Source: Nitrospirota bacterium
Lineage (GTDB): Bacteria > Nitrospirota > Thermodesulfovibrionia > Thermodesulfovibrionales > Dissulfurispiraceae
Assembly: GCA_040754455.1 (NCBI GenBank)
Contig: JBFMCP010000018.1
Location: 1-62,009 of the forward strand
DNA length: 62,009 nucleotides
Direction of reading: 5' to 3'
A program made the translations under genes and the position numbers. This document shows positions 1 through 8,736 of this stretch, piece after piece (the stretch's first letter is position 1; every line of letters starts with the position of its first letter). A model generated the notes under the pieces. The model did no database searches. It saw only the letters and a program-made list of their open reading frames with translations, and was not told where the DNA came from.

Positions 1-36
1 CTTGTGCCTTACCATGATAATGTCCTCTCCTGCCAT
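1..36 (-). CDS. ISNCY/IS1202-family transposase, first 12 codons only (partial)
   Basis: ATG at 36 with RBS; MAGEDIIMVRHK runs off the window; lies just inside the IS end. Confidence 0.65.
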   Translation of the reverse strand, partial: MAGEDIIMVRHK

Positions 37-127
37 ACTGTTTCCCTCCATTACTTTGCAGTATGACATCCCTCCTATAGGACATTTCTATTTTGGTCAT
101 ATAGGACATTATCATTTTGGCGTGACA
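1..127 (-). mobile_element. Left end of an IS1202-group (ISNCY) insertion sequence, truncated by the window edge
   Basis: Minus strand begins TGTCACGCCAAAATGATAATGTCC at 127. Two 21-bp sub-terminal direct repeats TATAGGACATTwywATTTTGG lie at 76-96 and 100-120. An RBS (GGAGGG) and ATG at 36 read MAGEDIIMVRHK, resembling ISNCY transposase N-termini. Confidence 0.75.
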
Positions 128-225
128 CTACAAGGAATAGTTTTCCGGAGAAACGGTACACGGATAACCCGGCACGTGAGAGCAAAAGAGAGGAAAAAGG
201 AGAAGCATCTCCCCCTGCGTGTTCC

Positions 226-1068
226 CTAACGCTTCAGGAAATTCCCGCCGTTTTCCTCCCGCACTTTGGCGAGCATTTCATCGAAGTAAGGACGGTCGCG
301 GAGGCTCATGAATTCTTCGGGAAAGGTGACGACCTTGAGGAGTGCTATCTTCGCTTTCGGGTCTGAATTTTTGAGCGCAAAGGCGAACCTGCTGCCGTCG
401 GTGAGACGGGTATTGTTCATGAACGGCGTATCGTAGTAGGAGACCTCGAACTCGATGGGCTTGAAGTCGAAGCTCTCGGCCGGCGTCGCCCCCTGTGCAG
501 GGCTCACCCGCAGGAACACCTCTGATTCTCCTACCCTGAGGAGCTCGACATTGAAGTGGTAGTCGCGCTGCCGCCCCTTGACGCTGAAGGCGCCCGTAGC
601 AGTGCAGTCGTCCAGCTGCTCCCTGCAGAGCATCAGTTCGGCAGGCTTGTGGTCCGGCTTGGTCAACATGTTGACCTGCCGGTCCGCTACCTCCCGTGCA
701 ATATGCTGGAGTCTCCTCCTGCTCTCCCCCGTGAGTTTTTTGTCGAGGTCCTCGAAGAGCGGCTTGGCATCGAAGAACTCCTGGAAATTGAGAGTCAGCA
801 GATGGAGATACATGATCTGCTTCTCGGGATCGGTGGCGACCTCCTTGCCGAAGTAGGAGGTGATAAGCGCATTGAACATGCGTTCCCTGAGAGCGCTGTC
901 CGACTGCTCCCGCTGGCTCATGATCTGCACGTAGAGCTGGCTCTGGCGGTTCTTCTCTTCATTGTAGTTGAGCACCACAGGTATGGCGATACCGGCGATG
1001 AGCGCACTTGCCGCGGTGACGATCTTGGTGATGAGCTCGATCAGGTCTTTTTTCTCTTCGTTCATCAT
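226..1068 (-). CDS. Hypothetical protein with N-terminal membrane anchor
   Basis: 280-aa ORF; hydrophobic segment IVTAASALIAGIAIPVVL followed by a helical region; 9 nt downstream of the preceding gene. Confidence 0.8.
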   Translation of the reverse strand: MMNEEKKDLIELITKIVTAASALIAGIAIPVVLNYNEEKNRQSQLYVQIMSQREQSDSALRERMFNALITSYFGKEVATDPEKQIMYLHLLTLNFQEFFDAKPLFEDLDKKLTGESRRRLQHIAREVADRQVNMLTKPDHKPAELMLCREQLDDCTATGAFSVKGRQRDYHFNVELLRVGESEVFLRVSPAQGATPAESFDFKPIEFEVSYYDTPFMNNTRLTDGSRFAFALKNSDPKAKIALLKVVTFPEEFMSLRDRPYFDEMLAKVREENGGNFLKR

Positions 1069-1077
1069 ACCCCCGTG

Positions 1078-1383
1078 CTATTTGAGGTCGATGTTCTTTT
1101 CGGTGCTCTGCGGAAAGACATACACCGGCACCTGGCGGGTGCTCCGGTCACGGAGCTGTATGACCAGCGTGTATTTGCCCGGTTCGATATCGCGCAGGGA
1201 GTAGTAGCCGCGCAGATTGGTCTTTGTCTGCAGGTCCTCTCTGCCGTCTTTCAAAGTGACCACGGTATTGGGGAGCGGCTGTCCCTTGAGCCTGACCGTG
1301 CCGAAAAGGTCGGAGGCCTCAGCAATCGCTGCTGCGGATACGAAACAGCACAGAAGCAGGCCGGTCCAGAAGCGTCTTTTCAT
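1078..1383 (-). CDS. Secreted carboxypeptidase-regulatory-like (transthyretin/Cna-B-like beta-sandwich) domain protein
   Basis: Signal peptide, then GTVRLKGQPLPNTVVTL...TNLRGYYSLRDIEPGKYTL; GAGGAGG RBS before ATG at 1383. Confidence 0.8.
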   Translation of the reverse strand: MKRRFWTGLLLCCFVSAAAIAEASDLFGTVRLKGQPLPNTVVTLKDGREDLQTKTNLRGYYSLRDIEPGKYTLVIQLRDRSTRQVPVYVFPQSTEKNIDLK

Positions 1384-1537
1384 GGTGATCCTCCTCATGG
1401 GAAGTAGTGATATGAGCCGTATCTCTTCCTCTAATTATTTCAAAAAATCGATCGACTGGAAAGAGGAAAACGGACCAGACTACGGAGAGGCAGAGATAGA
1501 ATACCCGTTTGAGAAAGGCATGTATGTTCCCATCGGG

Positions 1538-1654
1538 TGTAAAGCGTGCCGAAACCTCTGTCGATTCGGTTTACAGATGCAGAGCTCCTGCCCGCAGCCG
1601 GCCTCTGTATTTCCTCGGGTTTGCCGCAGCGCACCTGCTGGCATGATTATTTCA
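1538..1654 (+). promoter_or_regulatory. Putative PrsR-type enhancer boxes plus a sigma54-like promoter for the PEP-CTERM gene
   Basis: TGTAAA-N5-CCGAAA (1538-1554) and TGTCGA-N5-TTTACA (1559-1575); TGGCATGATTATTTCA (1639-1654), a -24/-12 site with TC instead of GC at -12. Confidence 0.55.
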
Positions 1655-1693
1655 GGAGTGTGGTTATCTACTTTACGCAAAGGAGGGATTTCC

Positions 1694-2434
1694 ATGAGAC
1701 CATCACGGGTCGTTGTCGTATTCTCTTTTGTCGTCATGATACTTTCGATTGCGGTGACTTCATCGACGGTCCTGGCTGCTGCCTTCAGCCGGAACGAGGT
1801 GCATATCGACTGGTCGAGCCTGCGGATAACCACTGATCCCGGCGTGAGTATCAGTTTAACCAACAATTTCGATAACCTGAATTGGGCGATTAGAGCAAGC
1901 ATCTACAATGTAATCCCCGGCTGGCAGGACGCAATCGCCCAATCCTATTTTGAGGCGACCGGCGGCGGTTCTGCCTATGGCATTGCATCAACCAACGCCT
2001 CCGGCATGCATCTGTTCACCGCGGCTGAGACCCACGGCCCCGGAGATATGTTCAGCTATGCCATGGCGTACCGTGGTGCGGAATTCAGAGTGTCCGGAAC
2101 AGGAACCGTAGGTATTTCGATCGATTACCACTTTATTTCCGATTCGGCCGTCACCCCGGGAAGCCCCACTGATCACGCGAGCGGGATAACTTGGGCGGAT
2201 TTATTTATGGGAGGAAACTATACAGAAGCCTTGCATGGTTCCGGCACGTTGAGCATGAACGCATTCTATAGCGACGGCGATACCGACATCATACGCATAG
2301 GCTCCTACGCCGATTCAACCGCTGCAACACTCGGTCCGCTCCCTACTCCCGAGCCTCCAACGCTCATACTCCTCGGCGCAGGATTGGCAGGGGTCTCAGC
2401 GTTCAGGAAAAAATTCACCCGCCGTATCCATTGA
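1694..2434 (+). CDS. PEP-CTERM sorting domain protein
   Basis: AGGAGG RBS; signal peptide; C-terminus PTPEPPTLILLGAGLAGVSAFRKKFTRR (PEP, TM helix, basic tail). Confidence 0.9.
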   Translation: MRPSRVVVVFSFVVMILSIAVTSSTVLAAAFSRNEVHIDWSSLRITTDPGVSISLTNNFDNLNWAIRASIYNVIPGWQDAIAQSYFEATGGGSAYGIASTNASGMHLFTAAETHGPGDMFSYAMAYRGAEFRVSGTGTVGISIDYHFISDSAVTPGSPTDHASGITWADLFMGGNYTEALHGSGTLSMNAFYSDGDTDIIRIGSYADSTAATLGPLPTPEPPTLILLGAGLAGVSAFRKKFTRRIH

Positions 2435-2559
2435 AAGACGCCCCTATCGCTGCAGTTACTTAAAATCCAGAGGCTTTCAGGGAGAGAGGCAAGAAGATGG
2501 AGATTTGGACGCTTATGCAGTATTATAGTAGTGTTGATTTTGAGTATGGCAGGAGATCC

Positions 2560-2778
2560 ATGACTGAAAGGAACATCCAGGAGGTATTCCAGGCGCATTC
2601 CGGAGAGCTAATGGCCCTCCCGGGCGTGATCGGCACCGCCGTCGGCCATGATAAAGACAAGCCCTGCATCAAGGTGTTTACCCGCAAAAGCACCGCGGCG
2701 CTTGAAAAAAAGATGCCTTCGGAGCTCGAAGGATACCCCGTGGTGCTCGAAGTGATCGCGGAGATCAAGACGCGGTAG
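2560..2778 (+). CDS. Small hypothetical protein
   Basis: AGGAGA RBS; MTERNIQEVFQAHSGELMALPGVIGTAVG...PSELEGYPV. Confidence 0.7.
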   Translation: MTERNIQEVFQAHSGELMALPGVIGTAVGHDKDKPCIKVFTRKSTAALEKKMPSELEGYPVVLEVIAEIKTR

Positions 2779-2848
2779 ATGCCGCTCTTATTCCGTGATT
2801 CGATAGAAGGCTGCAAAATGGTTAAGCCACCTGAAAAAATCTTTTCAG

Positions 2849-3202
2849 AAACTCTGGATATACGATTTCCGGACCAATAAAGACTTCGCGTCGAAAACCA
2901 ATCCTCTCAAACGAGAGGATTTAGACGAGTTTGTTAAATGCTACAACCCCGAAAATCGCCACAACAGAAAGCCCACATGGTCCGAAAAGAAACCTGATGG
3001 CCGCTGGAGAGCTTTCGATTACGAGGAATTGATCAACCGCGATAAAGCAAGCCTCGATATCTTCTGGCTCAAAGACGAAAGCCTCGAGGATTCCGAAACC
3101 CTCCCCGATCACGACGTCATCGCCCGCGAGATCGTTGAAGACCTGGAAGCTGCGTTGGAGCAGTTTAAGCTCATTGTCGAGGATTTAGGAGAAGAAACGT
3201 GA
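2849..3202 (+). pseudogene. hsdM: C-terminal remnant of a type I restriction-modification methyltransferase (HsdM)
   Basis: Startless frame KLWIYDFRTN...NPLKREDLDEFVKCYNPENRH...ASLDIFWLKDESLEDSETLPDHDVIAREIVEDLEAALEQF; not in the ORF track. Confidence 0.8.
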
Positions 3203-3281
3203 TCATACAGCAAGGCTCGGGGTTTGAATCTTGAATTTATATTCCAGCAAAGCATCTTATTAGAAGAAATCTGTAATTGTC

Positions 3282-3410
3282 TTAATCTTTGCACGTGGGG
3301 GAAGGGGAACAAGGGAGACCGGCGTACCGCATTACTTCCCTGATCTTTTCCCGTATGATCGGCGTGTAGCAGTGCCCTCTGCAGTTCGCGCAGGTCGCCT
3401 TGTTCTGAAC
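3282..3410 (-). pseudogene. C-terminal remnant of a YgbA-like (nitrous-oxide-stimulated promoter family) protein
   Basis: KATCANCRGHCYTPIIREKIREVMRYAG matches the family pattern KPxCxxCxxHCY...REKIREVMRYSG; 5' part missing. Confidence 0.65.
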
Positions 3411-3508
3411 TGCTCGAAAAATCCGCGGGTGGCGCAGATCGCGGATGAGGACGAGGCTGACAAATCCCCGCTTGACTTCCCCTGCCGTTTTCCCTAATCT
3501 GTAAGCAA

Positions 3509-3847
3509 ATGCGCATTGACCAATATTCATTCGGGAAGATCGTCATCGAACGGAAAATCTATACGAAGGATGTGATCATCCTCCCTGATCGTGTATTTTC
3601 GCCCTGGTGGAGAAAGGAAGGGCATCTGCTCCGGCTGGAAGATCTCGACGAGGTGCTCAGGGAAAAGCCCGAGGTCCTCGTCATCGGCACCGGATATTCC
3701 GGCGTTATGGAAGTGCCGCAGGACCTCGTCCAGGAACTCGCCATCGAGGGCATCCGGGTGGTGGTGAAAAAAACCCCTGAAGCAGTGGGTATCTTCAACA
3801 TCCTGAATATCCCGAAAAAGGCTGCTGCACTCCATCTCACCTGCTAG
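3509..3847 (+). CDS. Mth938/DUF498-like protein
   Basis: IDQYSFGKIVI...KDVIILPD..WWRKEGH...PEVLVIGTG...AAALHLTC. Confidence 0.9.
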   Translation: MRIDQYSFGKIVIERKIYTKDVIILPDRVFSPWWRKEGHLLRLEDLDEVLREKPEVLVIGTGYSGVMEVPQDLVQELAIEGIRVVVKKTPEAVGIFNILNIPKKAAALHLTC

Positions 3848-4003
3848 GAAATTTCACTGAAAATGTTGTAAAATGGTGGTTGCCTTTTGCGGAGTAATGC
3901 CTGCCCTCTTTCCCCACTCAATGTAGTGATAAGGGTGCAAATCCCCTTGGCAACACCGGCCCTTTTTCGATCGGAAGACATCACGTAACTATAGGAGTCA
4001 GTC

Positions 4004-4254
4004 ATGTCGTTAAGTATCGGCATCGTCGGCCTCCCGAATGTCGGGAAATCGTCCCTTTTTAATACACTCACCAAGGCGCAAACCGTTGCGGCGGCGAATT
4101 ACCCGTTCTGCACCATAGAGCCGAACAAAGCAGTGTTGCCGTTCCCGACAAGCGCCTCGCTCAGTAGTCCCTCGAGAGTCGGCATGCTGCGCACCGAGGC
4201 AAAGAGTACGTCGTCTGCAATGGCGATGTGATGCATTTTCTTTTCAATGTGTAG
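4004..4254 (+). pseudogene. ychF: ychF (redox-regulated ATPase) relic with a large internal deletion and frameshifts
   Basis: N-terminus [20 protein letters not shown]...[11 protein letters not shown], shifted frame VAVPDKRL, then C-terminus [24 protein letters not shown] ending at 4254. Confidence 0.9.
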
Positions 4255-4343
4255 ATGGCGTTGACAGAGGACAAGAGGCAGTGGCGGATGCATGGAGAGC
4301 GTCCGGCAGAATAAGAAGAGGGCGTCAGGTGTTATAATAGAGG

Positions 4344-4694
4344 ATGGAGAAACGAATGAAGAGCATAACCGATTGTTCCATAACCACCTATAACAGGTAC
4401 CGGCGCCTTGAGCAGCTTCAGGACCCCGAAAACCGGGAAGCGTATCTCGAAGCAGTTGCCGCCGCTGTCGAGACCGTCACTAATGCGCAGGGGCGTGCCC
4501 TTACCGCAGCCGAGATCAGGGACATTGAAGAGAATGTCAATGTCATGGATGACGGCATTTTAACCGGGGAGCTGGAGTTCGACCTTCTGGCGGAACATGT
4601 CAGGAAAGGCCTGCCGTTCACTGAGGCCGCTCTCCTGGCGCGCGAGGATGCGAGGACCATCCGCGCGGAGATGTTCGACGAGAGCCTGAACTGA
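4344..4694 (+). CDS. Hypothetical protein
   Basis: 116-aa acidic, helical ORF; no family recognised. Confidence 0.65.
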   Translation: MEKRMKSITDCSITTYNRYRRLEQLQDPENREAYLEAVAAAVETVTNAQGRALTAAEIRDIEENVNVMDDGILTGELEFDLLAEHVRKGLPFTEAALLAREDARTIRAEMFDESLN

Positions 4695-4755
4695 CAAACA
4701 GCGTTGTCATGGCAGCACGCAAAGGTGACGGCATCTGATTCCCAAGGAGGATCGT

Positions 4756-4931
4756 ATGGCGGGTAAAGAAAAACATGAACATCATCACGACCACCACGCT
4801 CCTGTCGTCTCTCAGCCGGTTGTGGATATGGAAGTGTCCCCTGCGGAGTTAAAGGCGTGTACAAGCTCTTCAGCCAGGTGAAGCACGAAGGCAAGGTCCA
4901 GCTCTTCGAATTCCTCGTAAAGGTACGCTAG
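4756..4931 (+). pseudogene. Relic of a His-rich, probably metal-binding protein (internal deletion/frameshift)
   Basis: AAGGAGG RBS; MAGKEKHEHHHDHHAPVV..., then in another frame KGVYKLFSQVKHEGKVQLFEFLVKVR*. Confidence 0.55.
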
Positions 4932-4990
4932 GTCACGCCACATTTACCCGCATATGCGGTCTCCCTGCTGTGATGCGTTTGCCCCCCTAG

Positions 4991-5018
4991 TTGACAACAC
5001 CAAAAGGCCTGATAGAAT
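4991..5018 (+). promoter_or_regulatory. Sigma70-type promoter of the cold-shock gene
   Basis: TTGACA-N16-TAGAAT with an extended TG. Confidence 0.6.
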
Positions 5019-5049
5019 TAATATATAAATCACAAAAGGAGAGGATCAG

Positions 5050-5253
5050 ATGCCGAAAGGAACAGTGAAGTGGTTCAATGAGTCAAAGGGGTACGGCTTC
5101 ATCGCCAGCGAAGACGGACAGGATGTATTCGTGCACCATTCGGAGATACAGGGTAACGGGTTCAAGTCCCTGTCCGAGGGGGACAAAGTCACCTTTGATG
5201 TCGAGAAAGGCCCCAAAGGCCCCAAAGCGGTAAGAGTATCGAAAGTGAAGTAG
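5050..5253 (+). CDS. csp: Cold-shock protein (CspA family)
   Basis: [16 protein letters not shown]...[17 protein letters not shown] (RNP1/RNP2). Confidence 0.97.
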   Translation: MPKGTVKWFNESKGYGFIASEDGQDVFVHHSEIQGNGFKSLSEGDKVTFDVEKGPKGPKAVRVSKVK

Positions 5254-5324
5254 TGCGGGACCAGGCAGCATACCCCTGTTGATTTATTACAGTCTATCAA
5301 AATAGCACCTCTACTCACCGATAA

Positions 5325-5669
5325 TCAGATCTTCACTTGGACTTCCGAGCCGTCCGGGGCGCCCCGCGTGCCCGGCTGCTCGGGAATTTCCTGATTTCCT
5401 GGCTGCGAGGGCATGACCGAATCGATGACTGCGTCTTTAAGTATACAGGAGTCCTCGATGCCCTGGTCGCATTCCCCCTGCAGCATGGGAAGATCGGTCG
5501 AGAGCTCGCCGGAGAGCGGCGGCAGGTTTACGGCAGCACGCATCTCATTCAGCTGATCGATGGTAAATACCTCGGCAGTTGCGTTGTTATTCCAGCCCGG
5601 CAGCGGCACGATAACCGCTACGCTTATGATAAAAGCCATTCCCGACAGGAGACGGTTCTTTTTTTTCAT
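5325..5669 (-). CDS. Hypothetical exported protein
   Basis: AAGGAGAG RBS; MKKKNRLL plus a hydrophobic signal segment. Confidence 0.65.
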   Translation of the reverse strand: MKKKNRLLSGMAFIISVAVIVPLPGWNNNATAEVFTIDQLNEMRAAVNLPPLSGELSTDLPMLQGECDQGIEDSCILKDAVIDSVMPSQPGNQEIPEQPGTRGAPDGSEVQVKI

Positions 5670-5823
5670 AGTGCTCTCCTTGCATGCGTAACCTGCATAC
5701 TTCACCTCTCCCGGCCCGGGAGGGGCAGGCACCCTTTGTGTACTAGCTGGATTAGGGTTTACTTAAACGATAGCATGTCGGTGCAAGAATGCAAGAAGGA
5801 GGGGAGCAACAAATCTCGTCCGA

Positions 5824-7149
5824 TTATTCCTTAGGCGTTTTTTTCTGCGCCTGGCGGTCGGTGTGCTGTTTCGTCCGGCCATCCCTCCGGGAATGTTTCC
5901 TCTTCTCTCCGCGGGGACGGTCCCCTGACCGCTTCCCTCCCGGATGCCTCGAAGAAGGCGCAAGGTGCCGCTTTCCATGGGCAGGCGCCTCGGGCCTTTT
6001 GTAGTCCGCTACGACGAGGTGATCTTCCACAGGAACGACGGGGATCTTCTCTTTGATGTACTTCTCTATATCTTCGAGGGCGTACACATAATCCTCGTCG
6101 GCAAAGCTGATGGCCTTGCCTTCAGCCCCTGCCCTGGCAGTCCTGCCGATGCGGTGGACGTAATCTTCGCTGTCCTGCGGCAGATCATAGTTGATCACCA
6201 GGGTGACGCCCTCGATGTGGAGCCCGCGGCTGGCAACATCCGATGCCACGAGCACAGGAAGCCGCCCGGTCTTGAAGCGCTCAAGGATGTCGAGACGCCG
6301 CTTCTGAGGGATGTCGCCGGTAATGGCGGCTGCTTTTATGCCGTTCGCATTGAGCAAACGCTCGACCCGCTCTGCCGTGCTCTTCATATTGACGAAGATG
6401 AGGGTGCGGCCGGCGTGCTCGCGGCGCAGAATGCCGAGCAGCAGGCCCGGCTTTTCCGCTTTCCCCACATGGTAGAGCTCCTGAGTAATCCTCTCGACGG
6501 TCATCTGCTCGGGGGTGACCGAGACCTTTTCCGAAAGATTCATGAATTCATAGCAGAGCTCCATGACGCGGTAGGAGAGCGTAGCGGAAAAGAGCATGGA
6601 TTGCCGTTTGTTATAGGGCGCCATCCTCCGCAAGAGGAAGCGAAGGTCTTTGATGAAGCCCATGTCGAACATGCGGTCCGCCTCGTCGATCACGAGGAAC
6701 TCGGTCTTTTTGAGGCTGTAGACATTCTGCTTCAGGTAATCGATGAGCCGACCCGGCGTGCCAATGACGACGTCGGCGCCTTCCCTGAGGGCGGCGCGCT
6801 GCTTGTTATAATCCACGCCGCCGAAGACAGGAATGATATTGAAGCCGGTGAACCGGCCGAGGAGGAGCGCTTCAGCATGAATCTGCGCCACCAACTCCCG
6901 CGTCGGCGCAATGATGAGCGCGCGCGGCGAAGGGCCCGGCTGCGGCCGGGGCTGCATGAGCATGCGCGAGAAGAGTGCGATGAGAAAGGCAGCGGTCTTT
7001 CCGGTGCCGGTCTGCGCCTGGGCAGCGATGTCCTTGCCCTGCAGTGCATCGGGAAGCGTTGCTGCCTGCACAGGTGTGCATTCCGTAAACCCGGCGGCCT
7101 TGATCCCTTTGAGCACGGCTTCGGGAATATTCAATTCATCGAACAGCAT
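5824..7149 (-). CDS. DEAD-box RNA helicase (RhlB-like)
   Basis: AQTGTGKT, PTRELV, DEAD, SAT and HRIGRTARAG motifs; basic C-terminal tail. Confidence 0.95.
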   Translation of the reverse strand: MLFDELNIPEAVLKGIKAAGFTECTPVQAATLPDALQGKDIAAQAQTGTGKTAAFLIALFSRMLMQPRPQPGPSPRALIIAPTRELVAQIHAEALLLGRFTGFNIIPVFGGVDYNKQRAALREGADVVIGTPGRLIDYLKQNVYSLKKTEFLVIDEADRMFDMGFIKDLRFLLRRMAPYNKRQSMLFSATLSYRVMELCYEFMNLSEKVSVTPEQMTVERITQELYHVGKAEKPGLLLGILRREHAGRTLIFVNMKSTAERVERLLNANGIKAAAITGDIPQKRRLDILERFKTGRLPVLVASDVASRGLHIEGVTLVINYDLPQDSEDYVHRIGRTARAGAEGKAISFADEDYVYALEDIEKYIKEKIPVVPVEDHLVVADYKRPEAPAHGKRHLAPSSRHPGGKRSGDRPRGEKRKHSRRDGRTKQHTDRQAQKKTPKE

Positions 7150-7220
7150 ATACTACTATAACTTATATCCGCTTATTTAGGGAGAGAACAATGCAGGAAG
7201 ACAAGACCTCTCCCGAGAGA

Positions 7221-7634
7221 TCACACTGCGGTAAATCCCTCATAGCCCTGCGTAAAGGTTCGGACATGCTTTTTTCTGAACTCTTCGAGCTCCCAGGGCT
7301 CTCCGGTCAGCAGATAGGTGTAGACGTCTTTGATCGCATACACGAAGGCTTCATGCTCAGTGCCGCTGCTGTCGAAGACCCTCACTTTTGTGCGCTGATA
7401 GCAGTCTCCTTCGAACCGGTCGAGCCGCTCCAGCGACTGCGCATCGACACCGAAATAGATCTTGCCTCCTACGTACGAGCCCGGCCAGAACTCGATGCCG
7501 GGATAGACAGATCCTTTGAGCTTGGAACGGATGTAGTTGCGCAGCACAGCCGGCGCCGAAGGGAATGATTTTCCGGTCACGCGCTCCATGATCTCATCGA
7601 TCATCAACGTGCCATAGACGAAAATCTTATACAT
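7221..7634 (-). CDS. Gamma-glutamylcyclotransferase (AIG2-like) family protein
   Basis: IFVYGTLM...YPGI...LDRFEG..YQR. Confidence 0.9.
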   Translation of the reverse strand: MYKIFVYGTLMIDEIMERVTGKSFPSAPAVLRNYIRSKLKGSVYPGIEFWPGSYVGGKIYFGVDAQSLERLDRFEGDCYQRTKVRVFDSSGTEHEAFVYAIKDVYTYLLTGEPWELEEFRKKHVRTFTQGYEGFTAV

Positions 7635-7649
7635 ACACCGCCTGCCCGA

Positions 7650-8150
7650 TTACGGCTTCGTCAGTTTTAACTTCCCGTCGATCGCCCTGCAGAGCTCTGC
7701 CACACGGACACCGAGCTTGTGGGCATCGCTCTTCGATTCATCGGTGGGGGCGCCGACACAGGCGACGCCGTAGTGGCCCGAGGCGCTCATGGGGTCACCG
7801 ACAATGATCATGCCGTAGATGAGCATGCACTGGAGTATGGACATGATCGTCGTCTCCTTGCCGCCGGTGTGGTGGCCGCCGGTGGCAAAGGCGGCGCCGA
7901 CCTTGTTCTCCATCCGGCGCCTGGTGCCGATGAACTCATCGAAGACCCTCTTGAGGTCCGCCGCCATCACGCCGAAGTAGACGGGTGAGCCTGCGATGAC
8001 ACCCGCGGCGTCGAGAAAGTCCTCTTTCGTCACTTCCTGCGTAGACCTCAGCACTGCCTTCACTCCTGCTGCTTCGACTCCCTCCGCCACTGCCTCTGCG
8101 AGCTTTCTGGTGGAACCACCCTTTGTGTAGTACAGCACGAGAACCTGCAT
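7650..8150 (-). CDS. Flavodoxin/WrbA-family NAD(P)H-dependent oxidoreductase
   Basis: LVLYYTKGGSTRKLAEAVAEG, GSPVYFG, KVGAAFATGGHHTGGKETT. Confidence 0.9.
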   Translation of the reverse strand: MQVLVLYYTKGGSTRKLAEAVAEGVEAAGVKAVLRSTQEVTKEDFLDAAGVIAGSPVYFGVMAADLKRVFDEFIGTRRRMENKVGAAFATGGHHTGGKETTIMSILQCMLIYGMIIVGDPMSASGHYGVACVGAPTDESKSDAHKLGVRVAELCRAIDGKLKLTKP

Positions 8151-8232
8151 GTCAGACCTCCTTGCGCTTGCTACTCTACATGATAGCATAAGAGATACGA
8201 TTCAGAGAGTGATGCGCCACGGAGAGGAACCC

Positions 8233-8598
8233 TTATTTTTTATTGGTTCCCTTCTTTCTCTTCTTTCTTTTAAGCTCTGCCTTGTGCTCCGGCAGTTTCG
8301 ACCAGAGACACTGTCTACCAAAATCCTCGATGCCCGAGTAGTCCCTGCAGATATTCGGACGCTTCTTGTAAATCTTGCACCCTTTGGTGGTCAGGTTCGG
8401 GCAGGGAAAATCGGTGAGAATGAGCAGGAGGAGCTTGCCAGACCGGTACACGTCGAAACCACGTTGCTGATAGAAGTTGACGAGGTCTTTTTTCGGGGCC
8501 TCATACGTCTCGGGATCGATAAAGATGCCCACTGAATTGCAGCACTTGCGGCAGCTGATGCACAGCTGCTGTTTTGTCGGAAGCTCTTCCATTTTCAT
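8233..8598 (-). CDS. YkgJ-family cysteine cluster (Zn/Fe-chelating) protein
   Basis: CxxCxxCC...CPNL...GCKIYKKRPNICRDY. Confidence 0.85.
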   Translation of the reverse strand: MKMEELPTKQQLCISCRKCCNSVGIFIDPETYEAPKKDLVNFYQQRGFDVYRSGKLLLLILTDFPCPNLTTKGCKIYKKRPNICRDYSGIEDFGRQCLWSKLPEHKAELKRKKRKKGTNKK

Positions 8599-8736
8599 AG
8601 CCCTATATTATATACGAACCGTCGCGCAGAAGCGAAGAAAAAAACGGTATGACATACCGTGCTGTGCTTTTTTACAAGTGTAGTGCCGATACTACATAGA
8701 GTCAAATCCGGCATTCCTGAAGAAACAAAAGGCAGG

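Noticed and set aside
128..165. dif/XerCD site next to the IS1202-like end
   Set aside because: The flanking sequence shows no XerC/XerD arm consensus.
1217..1693. N-terminal extensions in the ORF track (PEP-CTERM from 1217, uvrB from 42574, PhnD-like from 45452, 60671-61168)
   Set aside because: They overlap other genes or regulatory DNA, and downstream starts have a better RBS, a signal peptide or a family-typical N-terminus.
5944..7161. Long antisense ORFs (also 10181-11083, 20771-22024, 25829-26821, 41318-42520, 43009-43875)
   Set aside because: These are shadow frames opposite well-supported genes, expected from GC3-rich codon usage.
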